DNA of 64,000 nt from Diplonema japonicum (GCA_964019335.1 OZ025700.1:459046-523045); one strand, 5' to 3'. Counted from the stretch's first letter, positions 1-12,872 are shown. Translations and numbers: made by a program. The notes: a model not told the origin generated them from the sequence alone.

Positions 1-202
1 GGGGTGGGGGTATTTTGACTATTTTTGGCCATCTGAGGCCATTCCAGCCCTTAAAAGTGGGAATAAGTGCCTTACTTCCCCTTTAAATGCCACGGCGAAA
101 TAGCTACCCTGTATTACCTTAGGAAAATCCCCAAAAAGCTGACCTGCGTGAAAAAAAACAGCAGTGAAAGCAGCGAAGAGTGAGTGACTCAAATGACGAA
201 AA

Positions 203-355
203 GTGAAATAAAACGACTTACTTGCCGCCAAATGAGCCATTATTTAACACTCGTTACCCGTTTTTTTGCACTCGGGCCCTGCGGGCCCTCGTGCAAAAAA
301 TTCGGGAACTCGAGTTAAATAATGACTCATTATTTGTTGGCAATAAATAGTTATT
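203..355. repeat. Long imperfect palindrome (hairpin element), copy 1
   Basis: Arms aatgagccattatttaac / gttaaataatgactcatt and ttttttgcac / gtgcaaaaaa surround the core ctcgggccctgcgggccctcg (271-291). Core and flanks recur at 50830-50982. Confidence 0.8.
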
Positions 356-1591
356 TTTTTTTCCATCGCTCCTGAGGGAGAAGCCTCACTGGTGCCAATG
401 TGCGTCACCAGAACCTCCCATTCGCTCTCCCCCCCCCCTTTTTTTTGAAAAAAAGAAAAAAAGGGGGAAAAACAGATGGAAAAAAAAGAGGGGAAAAAAA
501 AAAGAAAATTAAAAACTTATGACTAATCCCAGTATTTTTTTTTTAAAGAGGGGTGGGGAGAGGGGGGAAACGAATGGAAAATAGAAGGGAAAAAAAAAGA
601 AAAAAAAAAGAAAAAAAAAACAATAGTCGTTTTTCTCTCTAGTGCGCATTGGCCTCGCGCAGCTTCTGAAATAAAAAAAAAATAGATATTTTATCCACCG
701 CCGAATAGTGAAATTTGTGTCACTTTCTTGAATCATAAAAAAGAAAAAAAGTTTTTTTTTTTTTTTTTTTTTCCTTCTTTATATTTCAAAGAGAGTTGAC
801 ATAATTCCTTTGGGCACAGTGCATAAAGATGGGTTTTTTTATTTCCCCCCTCCCCACCCTCAAGAAAAAAATTTTTTCAACTTCATTTAGTAAAGGACCC
901 GATGGTGTGAATGTCCTCCAGACCTTGGCATAATCCTTACAAACAAGCCATGCGACTCGAAGGGGATCAACCAGGTTTCTTGTCACTGCTATCCCCGATG
1001 GTTTACCGAGGTGTCCCATCATGAAATATGTGAGAAGACCCTAAGAGGGGGTTGGTAAAGAGAAAAAAAATTTGGGAGGCGGGTGGATGAAGATAAAAAA
1101 ATTAGAGGGAGGGGGGGGTGAGATAAAAATAAATTTCAAAGAAAGAAAAGGTTTTGTGGAGTTGTGTGTGTATAAAGAGAAAAAAAAAGAGGGGAAAAAA
1201 AAAAGGTGGAAGGGGAAATCACATAGCTCAGACAAGAGAAAATAAAAAAGTCCTTTTGAAAAAAGCATACCTCTGTGAGGCTCTCTCTATTGTCTGCTAG
1301 CGGACAAAACCAAAATAAAAAAGGAGGGGGGACAGTGTGTGTGTGGGGGGGGGGGGGGTATAAAGAGAAGTTAAAGATAAGTACTTTGGTGCTTTGGTTT
1401 GTATTCTGTACAAGCGATTTTGTTTGGTCCAATATTTTTTTTTTTCTCTCTCTTTTTTTGTTTTTTGTTTTGTTTGACATATAAAAAAAATGATCTGTTT
1501 AGCTGTTGCACCTTTAAAAGGCATCAGTTTTTTTTTTTCTTTTTTTTTTTTTTAAGTGGGCACGAGAAAGAAACCGGGGGAAAGAAAAAGG

Positions 1592-1624
<33 letters not shown>

Positions 1625-3591
1625 CAGTATTGTCAATCGTTCCCAGCACCTAAATATTAGCTAAGCAGAATCATTACGATATAAGTAGGAGGTATTTTTT
1701 TTTTAAATAAAATTTAATATGGTACTTTTTTTTGTGGGGGGGGGAACACTTTTTACATAAGAACCCAAAATACTGAAATTCACTCAGTGCCCCAATAAAA
1801 AAAAGAAAGAAATCAGAGATTTTTTTTTTCCCGTTGTACTGTTTCTTTTTTTTTTTAAAAGACACTGAGTGAATTTTTTTTTTTAATTTTTGGTTTTTTT
1901 TTAAATAAATAATCAGAAGAGAAAACAAAAAAATCGAAAACGAAAAAAAAAAAATACAGATTGCGTTGTTGTGTGTGGTGTGCAGTTCCCCCCCCCCCCC
2001 CCCCCCTCCTCTCTTCAATTTTTCCTGCATGAGGAAATATAGAAATTAAAAAAAAAATCGAGGAAAAAAAAAAGAAAAGAAAAAAAGAGTCACTACACTT
2101 AGACTTGCGGTGACAAATAAATTAAAAAAAAAGGGAATAACGGAGGGGCAACGGAAAGAAAAAAAAAAGAGGAAAAAAGAGATGAGATAAAGGAGGTTCC
2201 TGTTTTTGGAGAGTCCCCCTTGTCTCTACTTATCTACCTCGAGAAAAAAAAAACGAGTGAAGTCAAGCAGGCAGTAGATTGTCCCTCAAAAAAAATCCTT
2301 TTCTTTTTTTTTAAGAAAAAGAAAAAAAGAAAACAATTAATTTGGATCGGTCGGAGGAGAAGAAAATAAAAAAGAAAAAAAAAGAGGAAGAAAAAGAAAA
2401 GGAAATAAAAAAAATAAAGTTAAAGAAGACCGGTCCGGTCCCTGCTATAGTTTACATAAATCCTTTTTAGCTTCCTCCCTTTTTAAAAATCACTTCCAGT
2501 TCTCCTCTCAATGAAGTTTTTTTTTTTTCTTTTTTTTTTTCTTCTTCCAGAGACTCGTGCCAAGCCATAAAAGATACGATTTTTTTTTTAATTTTTCTCT
2601 AAGACCCTCCAGCTTTCATCGTTAGAATAAGGAATAAAAAAAAACACAAAAAAAAAAGAATAAAGAGTTGAGTTTTTTTTCTTTTTTTTTTTCCTTTTTT
2701 ACGAACCGGACGGGGCGAAGGGGGGATAAAAAGCAAGAAGGAAAAAAAGGGGGAGAAAAAAAAATTTCAGCCCAAAGAACACAGAAGGGAAATCACCGTG
2801 AGAAATAGGAGGGGGAGAAAAAAAAAAGAAAGAAAACAGAAGGGGTGGGGAAGGGCAGGAGGACATGAAATGGAAAGGGGAGGGAAAAAAAACGGTGAAG
2901 AAAGGGAAAAAAAAAAGAGAAAAAAAAAGGTAATGCGGGAGAAGAAGAAAAAAAAAGAGTATTCCCCTTATTACTTTTTCTTTTTTTTTTTTTTTTTAGA
3001 TTTTCCCTCTTATCCTGCTTTCCGAAATTTGAGGGGAGGGGAAGACCAAAGACAACTTCATGCAACAAAGTAGAGGAACGAAAATAAAGGGCAGGCCTTG
3101 TGGGAAGGTCGAAAAAAAAGGGGGGGGAGGATAAAGTACCAATCACCCAACTGTGTAAAAAGTATATTTAGTTAATTTTTTTTCTTCATTTCTTCTTCTT
3201 TCTCTTTTTTTTTTTCTCCCCCCCAGGGAGTCTCTCTGAGTCATCAGTGGAACGGAAAAAAAACGGGATTTTTCACCAGAGTTTGGGAACTTTTTTTTTT
3301 TTTTTCCTTTTCACCTCTTCATTGATGACCCACCACATTACGTCAAAAGGTAAGTTGTAGGCAACCAGAAATGTGTAGGGAGACCCTGCCTTGGGGATTT
3401 TTTCTTTTTTTTTTTTTCCTTTTCACTTGAAAAAAAAAAGAGAACTTTCTTTCTCTGCTTTTTTTTTTTTTTTTTTTTTTTTTAGGCGTCCTGTCACATA
3501 CCGCAGGTACCCTTAAATGTCTCTTTTTTTTTTCTCCCAGTTTTTTCTTTTCTTTTCTTTTCTTTCCCCCCTCCCTTTATTCCTTTCTTAA

Positions 3592-4627
3592 CCCTTATGC
3601 GGCCGGGGGGGTCTAATTGATTTTTGGATTTTCTTGATTTTGGGCTCTTGTTGGCATGGATCGAACACACTGAAGGCTTGGGGTTATTTCTTGATTCGAG
3701 GTACGCATTTGAAAGATATTTGAAATCTGCATTCATTCCACTACCACCGTTTCGATTTAACCTCTCTTCGGAATTTGGCAAGCCCCGCATCGCAGGCACC
3801 CCCATGTGCCTATTATAGAGATCAGCAAGATACGGGCGTTCGTATGTGACCTTTCGTCCGAGGGATTATCGAAACGTGTTCTTGAAACTGCTGCTTCGTC
3901 TAGGTAAAGTAGATAAAGGCGCACGCCTCGTCGGCGACCAAGCAAGGTAGACCAGACCAGACTTGTTCTGATATGTCATGCTACCTGCTTCCATGGCACT
4001 CACGTCGGGTGGATCCCTCCGGTTTTTTCGGACCGTTCCACAGCAGTGTATTCCCACTTCTCTCATTTCGCGGAAGAGCCGAACACTGCTATACCAATTG
4101 TAATGCAATAAGTGGTAACCTTTGTCCTCATATGCAGAGAGGAGCTTTCTTACAACAGCCTTCGGTGTTTCCCCTGCAGGTGTCGACCTCTGCCTTCGTA
4201 CACCATTATGTCGAGGCAGTACCGTGATGGAGGCTTCCTCTTCTTCAATATCTTCCTCTTCCTCTTGTTCATCACCCCTCGTCAGAAGTAGGTGTCTCGT
4301 CATCGCTAAACAGGTCCAAAAAGCCTAAATGAGGCTGGGGGCTGCCCCCAATACGTTCGTTGTGTGCTGGCATGTTGATTTTAATAGGACTACAAATGGC
4401 CAAAAAAACACCCGTTTTTGGGGTGGCACCCGGTGTCTCGGTACCCCCCTTTAGGGTTGAAGTTATGAAGTTTCAGATGGATACAAATAGCGCATTTAAC
4501 GCAGATTTTAAATATCTTTCCATTCCATCTTTTTTCCATGAAAACCGGTCCAAGACTTTGGTTTGAATGGACCCGAGAACACTACACCTATTATCTACTC
4601 AAATATGAGTAGTTGGCCGCATAAGGG
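3592..4627. mobile_element. Internally deleted piggyBac DNA transposon
   Basis: TTAA at 3588-3591 and 4628-4631 flank 13-bp TIRs cccttatgcggcc / ggccgcataaggg. Contains a transposase fragment. Confidence 0.9.
3866..4303 (-). pseudogene. piggyBac (PGBD-type) transposase fragment
   Basis: VVRKLL..KGYHLLHYNWYSSVRLF..GIHCCGTVRKNR matches the PGBD DNxYTS / GTVRxNR region. The catalytic Asp position reads Y and the rest is missing. Confidence 0.8.
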
Positions 4628-6040
4628 TTAAGTGAAAGGCAGAAAAAAAGGCAAGAATTTTTCTAAGAGAGAAACCCATCACCCCTAGTGTTAAGAAAAA
4701 AAATAACCCCCCTCCTTTTTTTAAAAAAAAGTGGTTCTCAGAGGACTAAAAACCCCCCTCCCCCGATTTGTAAATCACTTTTAAAGGCTTTGCAACTGTT
4801 GTTGAAGAATGTTTTTTTTTTTGTTTTTTTTTTTGTTTTACTTTATTTTTTAAAATACTTTTTTCCTCTGCAAATAACGAGGGGAAAAGGTGGGCAAATG
4901 GTGGACGGTGGGGGGGGTGGGGGGTTTCTGTTCATTTTCTTTCGGTCCACACGCTAGAATAAGTTAAAACAGCACAGAAGAGAAAAAGGGGGACTTGAGA
5001 AGGGGGTAAAAAAAAAAAGAACAGTAATGTACCCTATTTGGCTGGTTTTACATTCCCCAAACAGAAAAAAAAAAAAAGGAGGGGTAAAAAAACTCGATTA
5101 AATTTCAGTGTGCATGGGGGGTGCTCACTGGAAAAAAAAAAAAAAAAATACCAAGCGGTGGACAAGTGGGGAAGGATGTGTTTTTTTTTCTTTTTTTTTT
5201 TCCTCTTCTTTTTTTTTCTCTCCCTATTTCAGAAGGGCTGGCATCACCAGGTGGCAGGTTCAGGTTTTCTTTTTTTTTTCCTTTTTTTTTTCTTTTTTTT
5301 TAATTCGGTGCAGCTGAGTTTCCGAAGCACGTATCGGTTTCTTTTCTTTCTTCCCCCTTCTTCTTGATGACAGGAAAATTTAGAAGGGCATTTCGTATTT
5401 CGATAACAAGAGAGACACAGGTTACTTCTGCCAACATGTTACCCCCTCTCATGTTTTTTTTTTTCTTTCTTTTTTTTTTTTCCTTCAAAACCAAACCCTG
5501 TTCATCATATTAAAGAGAGAGAAAAAAAAGTGGGTACTTTGCCCGCTTTTCTCTTTTTTTTTTCCGTACTTCCCCTTCAGCTCTATGTGTAGCTTTATTT
5601 TATTTTTTTTATTTTTTTATCCTCTCCATGTTTTCTTTTTCATTTTTAATAAGACCCTCTCTAACTTTCTTTTTTTCTTCCAGCAAAAAAAAGGGGAGGG
5701 GGGGTGAAAAACGTAAATAACATACCAGCAGGGATAACCATGTGGGCAATGAAATCAGGTTTTTTTTTATTCGCTTTCAAAAAAAAAAGAGGGGTGTTTT
5801 TATGTTTTTTTTCCCTTTTTTTCTTTCTCCCTTTCCTTTCCTCCATTTCTTTTTTTTTTCATTCTCTAGTTTCAATCTCCTCACATTTCTTTTCTTTTCT
5901 TTTTATTCCCCTCCCCTTGCTTCACCGCAGAACCCAGCAAAAAAAAAAAGTTTGCAAGTTACTGTGTTAAAATATTGCCGGGACGGTCAAGAGGGAAGAT
6001 AGAAATTAAAAAGAAAAAAAACAAAAAAGAGGAGAGAAGG

Positions 6041-6086
<46 letters not shown>

Positions 6087-6376
6087 TGGAATTTTGTGTA
6101 AGTGACTTTTTTCTTTTTCTTTTTTTTTTCCCATCCATTTTCGTTCAGAAAAAAAAAAGGAAAAAAAAAAAAAAAAGAAAATAACCTTTCGGGTGTGGTT
6201 GTTTTGCACCCAGCAGTACTTTTATTGGCCTTAATCGGGGTAACATAAAAATCTGCCTGTGCACTCACCCAGCGATGCAGGTTTGCATTCTATGGACCTA
6301 GGCAGTCCGATAACTAGGAAGGGCTCTGTGATGAGGGCGTGAAGTGTCAGCAACTCAACCTCGCCACAGAGCGAGG

Positions 6377-6438
<62 letters not shown>

Positions 6439-7439
6439 ACCTTGAGGCACGTTGTACAAGAAGGACTGTTTGTCCTTCCACGGTGTACCTGGGCATTTGT
6501 GGTATTCAGAAAAAAAAAGAAGAAAAAAATCGAGAAGTAAGGGGAGCGAAATCTTGTTCATGAGGTTAAGTCCCGCCTTAAATCTTTCATTTTTTTTCTT
6601 TTTTTTTTTCGCAAGCCGCAGAGAGGGAAGGAAAAAAAAAAGAGGAAGGGGGGGAGGAAATTTTGAAAGAGATATTAGAGCGTGGCAAAAGAAAAAAAAG
6701 AGGGGGGGGGAAGAAACAAACAAATTTAAGAAATGGAAATTCTTTGAGAGTTTAGTGTCTAAGTTACATTGCTGGGGACTACCTTGTGGACATTTTTTTT
6801 TTAAAGAAAAAAAGATTCTTCGTTTAGTTAGTTTAAAGTCATTCTCAAGAGAGTGACAGAAAGTTTATTTTACTCTCCTTAAGTTTACTTCGTTCACTTC
6901 CTCTCACATTTTGGCACCAAATTTAAACGAAAAATCAGGTCAACGGCCAACTTTAAAAAGCAAAATGGGCCCGGAGTGGAATAAAATTGGGGTGCAGTGA
7001 TTGATATTAAGAGTGCAATAAACCATAGGAAAAAAAAATGTGCTCCACATTCCCTCTTTGCTTCGCGCAAGCGCGGCTTTTATTGAAAGCCTTTTGTTTA
7101 ATTTGTTTTTTTTTTTTTAATTTTAAAATCTCTCGCTTGTATCTTATTCTAGCTGACATGAAGGTGAGAGTAGACCAAAAAAGAAGAAAAGAAAAAAGAA
7201 AAAAAAAAGGAGGGGAGAAAAAAAAAAAAACCTCACTTGGTCTAGAGAATGCTCTTACAATTACGAACCCCCACCCCTCCTCCGGCCTTCAAAAAAAAAA
7301 AAGAGAGGGGGGTAAAAAAAATAAAATAAAGGGAAGAGTGTTTTGAAAAAACTTTTGTTGCAGTTGTCAATGGGGGTGGGGGGAGAAAAAAAAAACACAA
7401 AAAAAAAAACTAACTGAATAAGGGGGAAAAAAAAAATCA

Positions 7440-8141
7440 TCAATAACAGTAGTTACTGTTGACCACAGAAGAGGAGTACCAAATGTTGACGGGAGGCGAA
7501 GTAGGGTATGCGGTGTTGGGGTAGTGGCCTGGGTAGCTGTGGGAGGTTTCATATGAGGTATTTGAGTACTGGGAGATGGCATCGTCGTGCTGCTGCTGCT
7601 GCTGCAGGCAGTAGTATTGTTGCTGTTTGAGCTGCTCAGCTGTTTGGAGGGAGAGCGGGGCGGGGGGCGGGGTGCTGATGTAGAACTGAGCGTCAACGGC
7701 GGCGTAGAAGGTGTCGTAGTCTTCGACTTCAATGTAGACATCGAACTCTATCATGTTGAGGAACAACCTCTCCAGCTCGTTGAACTGCTTGAGGTCGACG
7801 CCCCCCGCCTGTGCGTAGTAACTGTTTGCGTAGTAGAAGTCGCTCCTCGTCTTCACCGACACCACCAACGCGACCAGGAACATCCGGTGGAAGCTCGTCT
7901 TGCTCAGCCTGCACTCCGGGTACCTATACACCAACCTGTCCAACAGCATCACAGCCATCACCACGTCCTCCTCCTGCGTCGCACAGTACTTCAACAACCT
8001 CAACGTGTACTCCCTCACCGTAATCGCCGCGTTCCCCTCAAACGGGTTCTGCACATTCCCCTCCACCCCCTCGCTGTACATCTCCATCATCGCCACCATG
8101 CCCTTCGCGAAGCGCGGACACACAGTCGATTTTGCCGTCAT
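7440..8141 (-). CDS. PHO80/U-type (CYC2-like) cyclin, copy 1
   Basis: Cyclin box ITVREYTLRLLKY..HRMFLVALVVSVK..DFYYANSYYAQAGGV..NELERLFL. Start taken at MTAKSTV. Confidence 0.85.
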   Translation of the reverse strand: MTAKSTVCPRFAKGMVAMMEMYSEGVEGNVQNPFEGNAAITVREYTLRLLKYCATQEEDVVMAVMLLDRLVYRYPECRLSKTSFHRMFLVALVVSVKTRSDFYYANSYYAQAGGVDLKQFNELERLFLNMIEFDVYIEVEDYDTFYAAVDAQFYISTPPPAPLSLQTAEQLKQQQYYCLQQQQQHDDAISQYSNTSYETSHSYPGHYPNTAYPTSPPVNIWYSSSVVNSNYCY

Positions 8142-8377
8142 TTTTTTTTTTGTTTTTTTTTTTTTCCCTGATTTTTTTTTCTCCGGGTGTTGGAGGGTGG
8201 AAAAGAATAGAAGGTAAGAATCAGTAAAAAAGAAACGAGTGGGGGGGGGGGGGGGGGGGGATGAGCAGCCTCGGAAGCGCTTCCAATGGTAAAAGGGATA
8301 TGATGCCAAAGGTATGTATTAGGGGGGGGGGGGGGGGGGAACACTGAAGTGTTGTTGTTGTACATATTCAAACTATC

Positions 8378-10004
8378 TCACAACTTGGAAGCGAAAAGTG
8401 TCTGTTGTTAGTTTAGTATTTGGGGGAAGGGAGGGAGGGAGGGAGGGAGGGAGGGAGGGAGGAGAAACACATACTTTATCGTAAGAATGCATGCCATGCA
8501 CGCCTCCTTCCTGTTGAGCGGAGGCAGTCCTCCTCTCGAACCTGACAACGCCCTCCTCGACCTTTGCCCTGACAGTGTCGAAGGAGGTGAAGCCGATGTC
8601 CTGTGCCGCCTGCTGCAGACCTGTGGTAGCATGTTAAGTGTTTACGAGCATACCTTTGTAGAGGTAAGGGACGTATTTGGCGATGCTGCCCTTGTCGACG
8701 ACGGACCCGGACACGCCCTGCGCCACTTGGATGGCTTGTGTCTCTGAGAGGTACCTCTTTCCAGACTCGCCGCCCTGCTGCATCGCATCAATGGACCCCA
8801 TCCCCCTGAACTTCTTCAGACGTGTGCCGTTGCTGTAAAAGTACTCGCCAGGCGTCTCTGCCGTCCCCGCCAGCAGCGACCCCAGCATCACAGCAGAGGC
8901 CCCCAGCGTCAACGCCTTTGCAATGTGGCCTATGTTTTGGATGCCCCCGTCAGCGATGATGGGGACGCCCCTCGTCCACGCGTACTTCGCCACCTGGTAC
9001 ACTGCCGTTGCTTGCGGTCTCCCCACTGCCATCACCTCTTGTGTGATGCAAATGCTGCCGGACCCCATCCCTACCCGCAGCCCGTCGGCGCCAGCGTCGA
9101 TCAGGTTCCGTGCCTGTCCCTGCGTCACCACGTTGCCCGCAATCACCTGAAGCGACGGGTACATGTCCTTCATGTACTTCAGGAACTCCACCTGGTACAT
9201 CGAATTGCCCTGAGAGCTGTCCAGCACCACCACATCGACGCCTGCCTTCACCAAGAGCGCCAGGCGGTGCTTGTCGTCTTCTCTTGTCCCAATGGCCGCA
9301 CCGCACAGCAGCTGCTGCTTCGCGTCCAAAGAGGCGAGAGGGAAGTCACGTGATTTCTGAGAGTCGATCCTGGAGCAGAGCATGGCAAGGTCACCCTTGT
9401 CGTCCACGATGGGAAGGTACCCCACACGGCCCTCGTGCAGGACGTACCTCGCCCTCTCCAGAGTGATGGGTGCTGTGCCTGTGATCAGGTCCTTGCGCTT
9501 CTTCATGATTGTACCTAGCTTGACGCTCCGGTCAGTAAGAAAGTCGATGTCCTTGTTGCACACTAAACCTAAGAGCTGCCCGTTTTGCTTGCCCCCCTCT
9601 GTGATAGGGATGCCGCAGAAGCCCATCGTGTTCTTGATCTCGTCGACGTCGTGCACAGTGTGGTCCGGCGAGAGCACTTTGGGAGTGAGAATGAACCCAT
9701 TCCTCCACCTTTTCACGATCGCTACCTTCTCTGCTTGGTCGGGCGGTGGCATATTGTTGTGGATGATACCCAGCCCGCCATTCAGTGCCATCCCCACTGC
9801 CATTGTGTCCTCTGTCACCGTGTCCATCGGCGACGACACGAACGGGGCGCGCAACTTCACCCCCCTCGTCACCCTGCACTCCAGGTCCACTTCATTAGCT
9901 GCAAAGTCAATATAGTTAGGCAGCACAAGGATATCGTTGTACGTGAGGCCCTGCCCCATGCCCATCAGCTCCACTGCTGACAGCCCATCTCCCTTGTATG
10001 TCAT
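8378..10004 (-). CDS. IMPDH: Inosine-5'-monophosphate dehydrogenase with CBS domains and PTS1; join(8378..8401,8475..8620,8654..10004)
   Basis: [18 protein letters not shown] (catalytic Cys), IADGG and RGMGS motifs. Removing GT-AG introns 8621-8653 and 8402-8474 restores the ending YDKTLFASKL*. Confidence 0.95.
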
Positions 10005-10355
10005 ATTCCTGTAGGCGTGACTGGATTGGTATGTATGATCAACGAATAAGAAGAGGTCCCCTCGGGTGGGCAGAGGGGTAGAGTCGGTACAAACAAACAA
10101 AGTTGCAACGATAAGGAAGTCCTCCTAGCTAAAGGAGCGCCCCCTACCGTCGCTGTGTCATGTGGTGTGGGGGGAGGGTGTCGAATTGTTTAAAGGGTGC
10201 TACTTTGCACCTGCTTTCTTCGTTTTCTTTTTTTTTTTTTTCCATGTATTCTTCCATGTATTTTCCTGATTCGCATGTTCGGTTATAAAAAAAACCCCAC
10301 ATCCTGTTATAAGGTGTTCAGGAAGTGGTTGTCTGTGAAACTATCCCCCTTGCCT

Positions 10356-10685
10356 TCAGTAGTAGTACGCCCTGGGGCTCACGACAGTGTCGTAGTAGCG
10401 CGGAGAGGCCAAGGCGTCGTAGTAACGAGGGGAGGTCGCCGAGGTGTAGTAAGCATCACGGATGCGCCTCGCAGAGGCATCGGCCTCCACACGAGCCGTC
10501 GCTGCAGCCACATCAGCAGCCACACTGTAGGTGGTGCTGTAGGCAGAGCTGTAGTAAGGTGCGTAGGCCAAGGAAGAGGTGTAGGGGACGGTGGCACGTG
10601 CAACAGCAAGGTCGGCCTCAGCACGAGCAACAGCAACATCAACAGAGGTCACCCTCGGGGACACAGGTGCGACGTAGTAGACCAT
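10356..10685 (-). CDS. Small Tyr/Ala/Ser-rich SPRYY-motif protein, copy 1 (109 aa)
   Basis: MVYYVAPVSPR...SPRAYYY. ORF kept intact across five copies. Confidence 0.8.
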   Translation of the reverse strand: MVYYVAPVSPRVTSVDVAVARAEADLAVARATVPYTSSLAYAPYYSSAYSTTYSVAADVAAATARVEADASARRIRDAYYTSATSPRYYDALASPRYYDTVVSPRAYYY

Positions 10686-11187
10686 TTTATTGGAGTGAAA
10701 AAGAAGGCGTGTGTGGAAAACTGTGAATAAATGTCTTCAAGTTGCAAAGGCTGAATCGACGACAGCTCTTTCTCCCAAGCACCGGGAATACCACCTGTTG
10801 GTCATGGAGACTGTGACCACGGCAGCTACTAAGGTGTGGTGGTGGATATGCAGATCAAGAAAGTACAACATAAAAATAAAAAAAGAAATACTATGCGGAA
10901 CACCCCTCGGGTGGGCAGAGGGGTGTAGAGTCGGTACAAACAAACAAAGTTGCAACGAAAAGGAAGTCCTCCTAGCTAAAGGAGGGCCCCTACAGTCGCT
11001 GTGTCATGTGGTGTGGGGGGAGGGTGTCGAATTGTTTAAAGGGTGCTACTTTGCACCTGTTTCTTTTTTTTAAAAAAAGAACTTTTTTTTATATCTTCGC
11101 ATGTTTGGTTTAATACAAGAATAAACAACCACACCCTGTTATAAGGTGTTCAGGAAGTGGTTGTCTGTGAAACTATCCCCCTTGCCT

Positions 11188-11517
11188 TCAGTAGTAGTAC
11201 GCCCTGGGGCTCACGACAGTGTCGTAGTAGCGCGGAGAGGCCAAGGCGTCGTAGTAACGAGGGGAGGTCGCCGAGGTGTAGTAAACATCACGGATGCGCC
11301 TCGCAGAGGCATCGGCCTCCACACGAGCCGTCGCTGCAGCCACATCAGCAGCCACGCCGTAGGTGGTGCTGTAGGCAGAGCTGTAGTAAGGTGCGTAGGC
11401 CAAAGAAGTGGTGTAGGGGACGGTGGCACGTGCAACAGCAAGGTCGGCCTCAGCACGAGCAACAGCAACATCAACAGAGGTCACCCTCGGGGACACAGGT
11501 GCGACGTAGTAGACCAT
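11188..11517 (-). CDS. Small Tyr-rich SPRYY-motif protein, copy 2
   Basis: Near-identical to copy 1. Confidence 0.8.
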   Translation of the reverse strand: MVYYVAPVSPRVTSVDVAVARAEADLAVARATVPYTTSLAYAPYYSSAYSTTYGVAADVAAATARVEADASARRIRDVYYTSATSPRYYDALASPRYYDTVVSPRAYYY

Positions 11518-11858
11518 TTTGTGTTGTGTTTTGAAAGGTGTGGAAACTGTGGTGGTGAGTCGTGAGAAGAACATGTGAGTCGACTAAAAAAAGAAAAAAC
11601 GGGCCATTGCGGCACCAAAAGAGACTTGAGAGGAAGGGATAATGTGTGTATGGTAAATACTCGTGGGGGGCTACGAGGGGGGATACAAACAAAGATTATA
11701 CTTTTTGTTGGTTTTTGAAGAGAGGGGCGCCCATGCTTCAATAAAAAAGCTCTACCTCTGTGTTATAGGACCACAGAGGGAGGACGGCTCTCCTGTGCAC
11801 TGTGTGTGGGTGTTGTGTCTTGGTATTGCTAACTTGCTTTCTTCATGTCCCCTTGCCT

Positions 11859-12176
11859 TCAGTAGTAGTACGCCCTGGGGCTCACGACAGTGTCGTAGTA
11901 GCGCGGAGAGGCCAAGGCGTCGTAGTAACGAGGGGAGGTCGCCGAGGTGTAGTAAACATCACGGATGCGCCTCGCAGAAGCATCGGCCTCGGCACGAGCC
12001 GTCGCTGCAGCCACGCTGTATGAGGGGCTGTACGCGGAGCTGTAGTAAGGTGCATAGGCCAAGGAAGAAGTGTAGGGGACGGTGGCACGTGCAACAGCAA
12101 GGTCGGCCTCAGCACGAGCAACAGCAACATCAACAGAGGTCACCCTCGGGGACACAGGTGCGACGTAGTAGACCAT
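11859..12176 (-). CDS. Small Tyr-rich SPRYY-motif protein, copy 3 (105 aa variant, different 3' flank)
   Basis: In-frame 12-nt shorter variant; same protein as 37216-37533. Confidence 0.8.
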   Translation of the reverse strand: MVYYVAPVSPRVTSVDVAVARAEADLAVARATVPYTSSLAYAPYYSSAYSPSYSVAAATARAEADASARRIRDVYYTSATSPRYYDALASPRYYDTVVSPRAYYY

Positions 12177-12542
12177 TTTTATTTTTGAGTTTTTTGAAAT
12201 GTAAGTGTGGAAAGCTGTAGGTGTTCTAACATCAAGGAATTGTGGGAAAGAATAATAACGGAACACCCCCTCGGGTGGGCAGAGGGGTGTAGAGTCGGTA
12301 CAAACAAACAAAGTTGCAACGATAAGGAAGTCCTCCTAGCTAAAGGAGCGCCCCCTACCGTCGCTGTGTCATGTGGTGTGGGGGGAGGGTGTCGAATTGT
12401 TTAAAGGGTGCTACTTTGCACCTGTTTCTTTTTCATCTTTTTTTTATTGTATCTTCTTGGTTCGCATGTTTGGCTTAACACAACCACACCCTGTTATAAG
12501 GTGTTCAGGAAGTGGTTGTCTGTGAAACTATCCCCCTTGCCT

Positions 12543-12872
12543 TCAGTAGTAGTACGCCCTGGGGCTCACGACAGTGTCGTAGTAGCGCGGAGAGGCCAAG
12601 GCGTCGTAGTAACGAGGGGAGGTCGCCGAGGTGTAGTAAGCATCACGGATGCGCCTCGCAGAGGCATCGGCCTCCACACGAGCCGTCGCTGCAGCCACAT
12701 CAGCAGCCACACTGTAGGTGGTGCTGTAGGCAGAGCTGTAGTAAGGTGCATAGGCCAAGGAAGAGGTGTAGGGGACGGTGGCACGTGCAACAGCAAGGTC
12801 GGCCTCAGCACGAGCAACAGCAACATCAACAGAGGTCACCCTCGGGGACACAGGTGCGACGTAGTAGACCAT
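12543..12872 (-). CDS. Small Tyr-rich SPRYY-motif protein, copy 4
   Basis: Same protein as copy 1. Confidence 0.8.
   Translation of the reverse strand: MVYYVAPVSPRVTSVDVAVARAEADLAVARATVPYTSSLAYAPYYSSAYSTTYSVAADVAAATARVEADASARRIRDAYYTSATSPRYYDALASPRYYDTVVSPRAYYY

Noticed and set aside
400-7400. Many short Phe/Lys-rich ORFs (also 13000-15700, 37600-38400, 46100-47100)
   Set aside because: Products of poly(A)/poly(T) tracts with no domain signal.
10058-10215. Repeated ~155 bp block as an SL RNA or snRNA gene
   Set aside because: No recognisable spliced-leader or snRNA sequence; it always lies just downstream of the Tyr-rich CDS, so it is better explained as 3' UTR.
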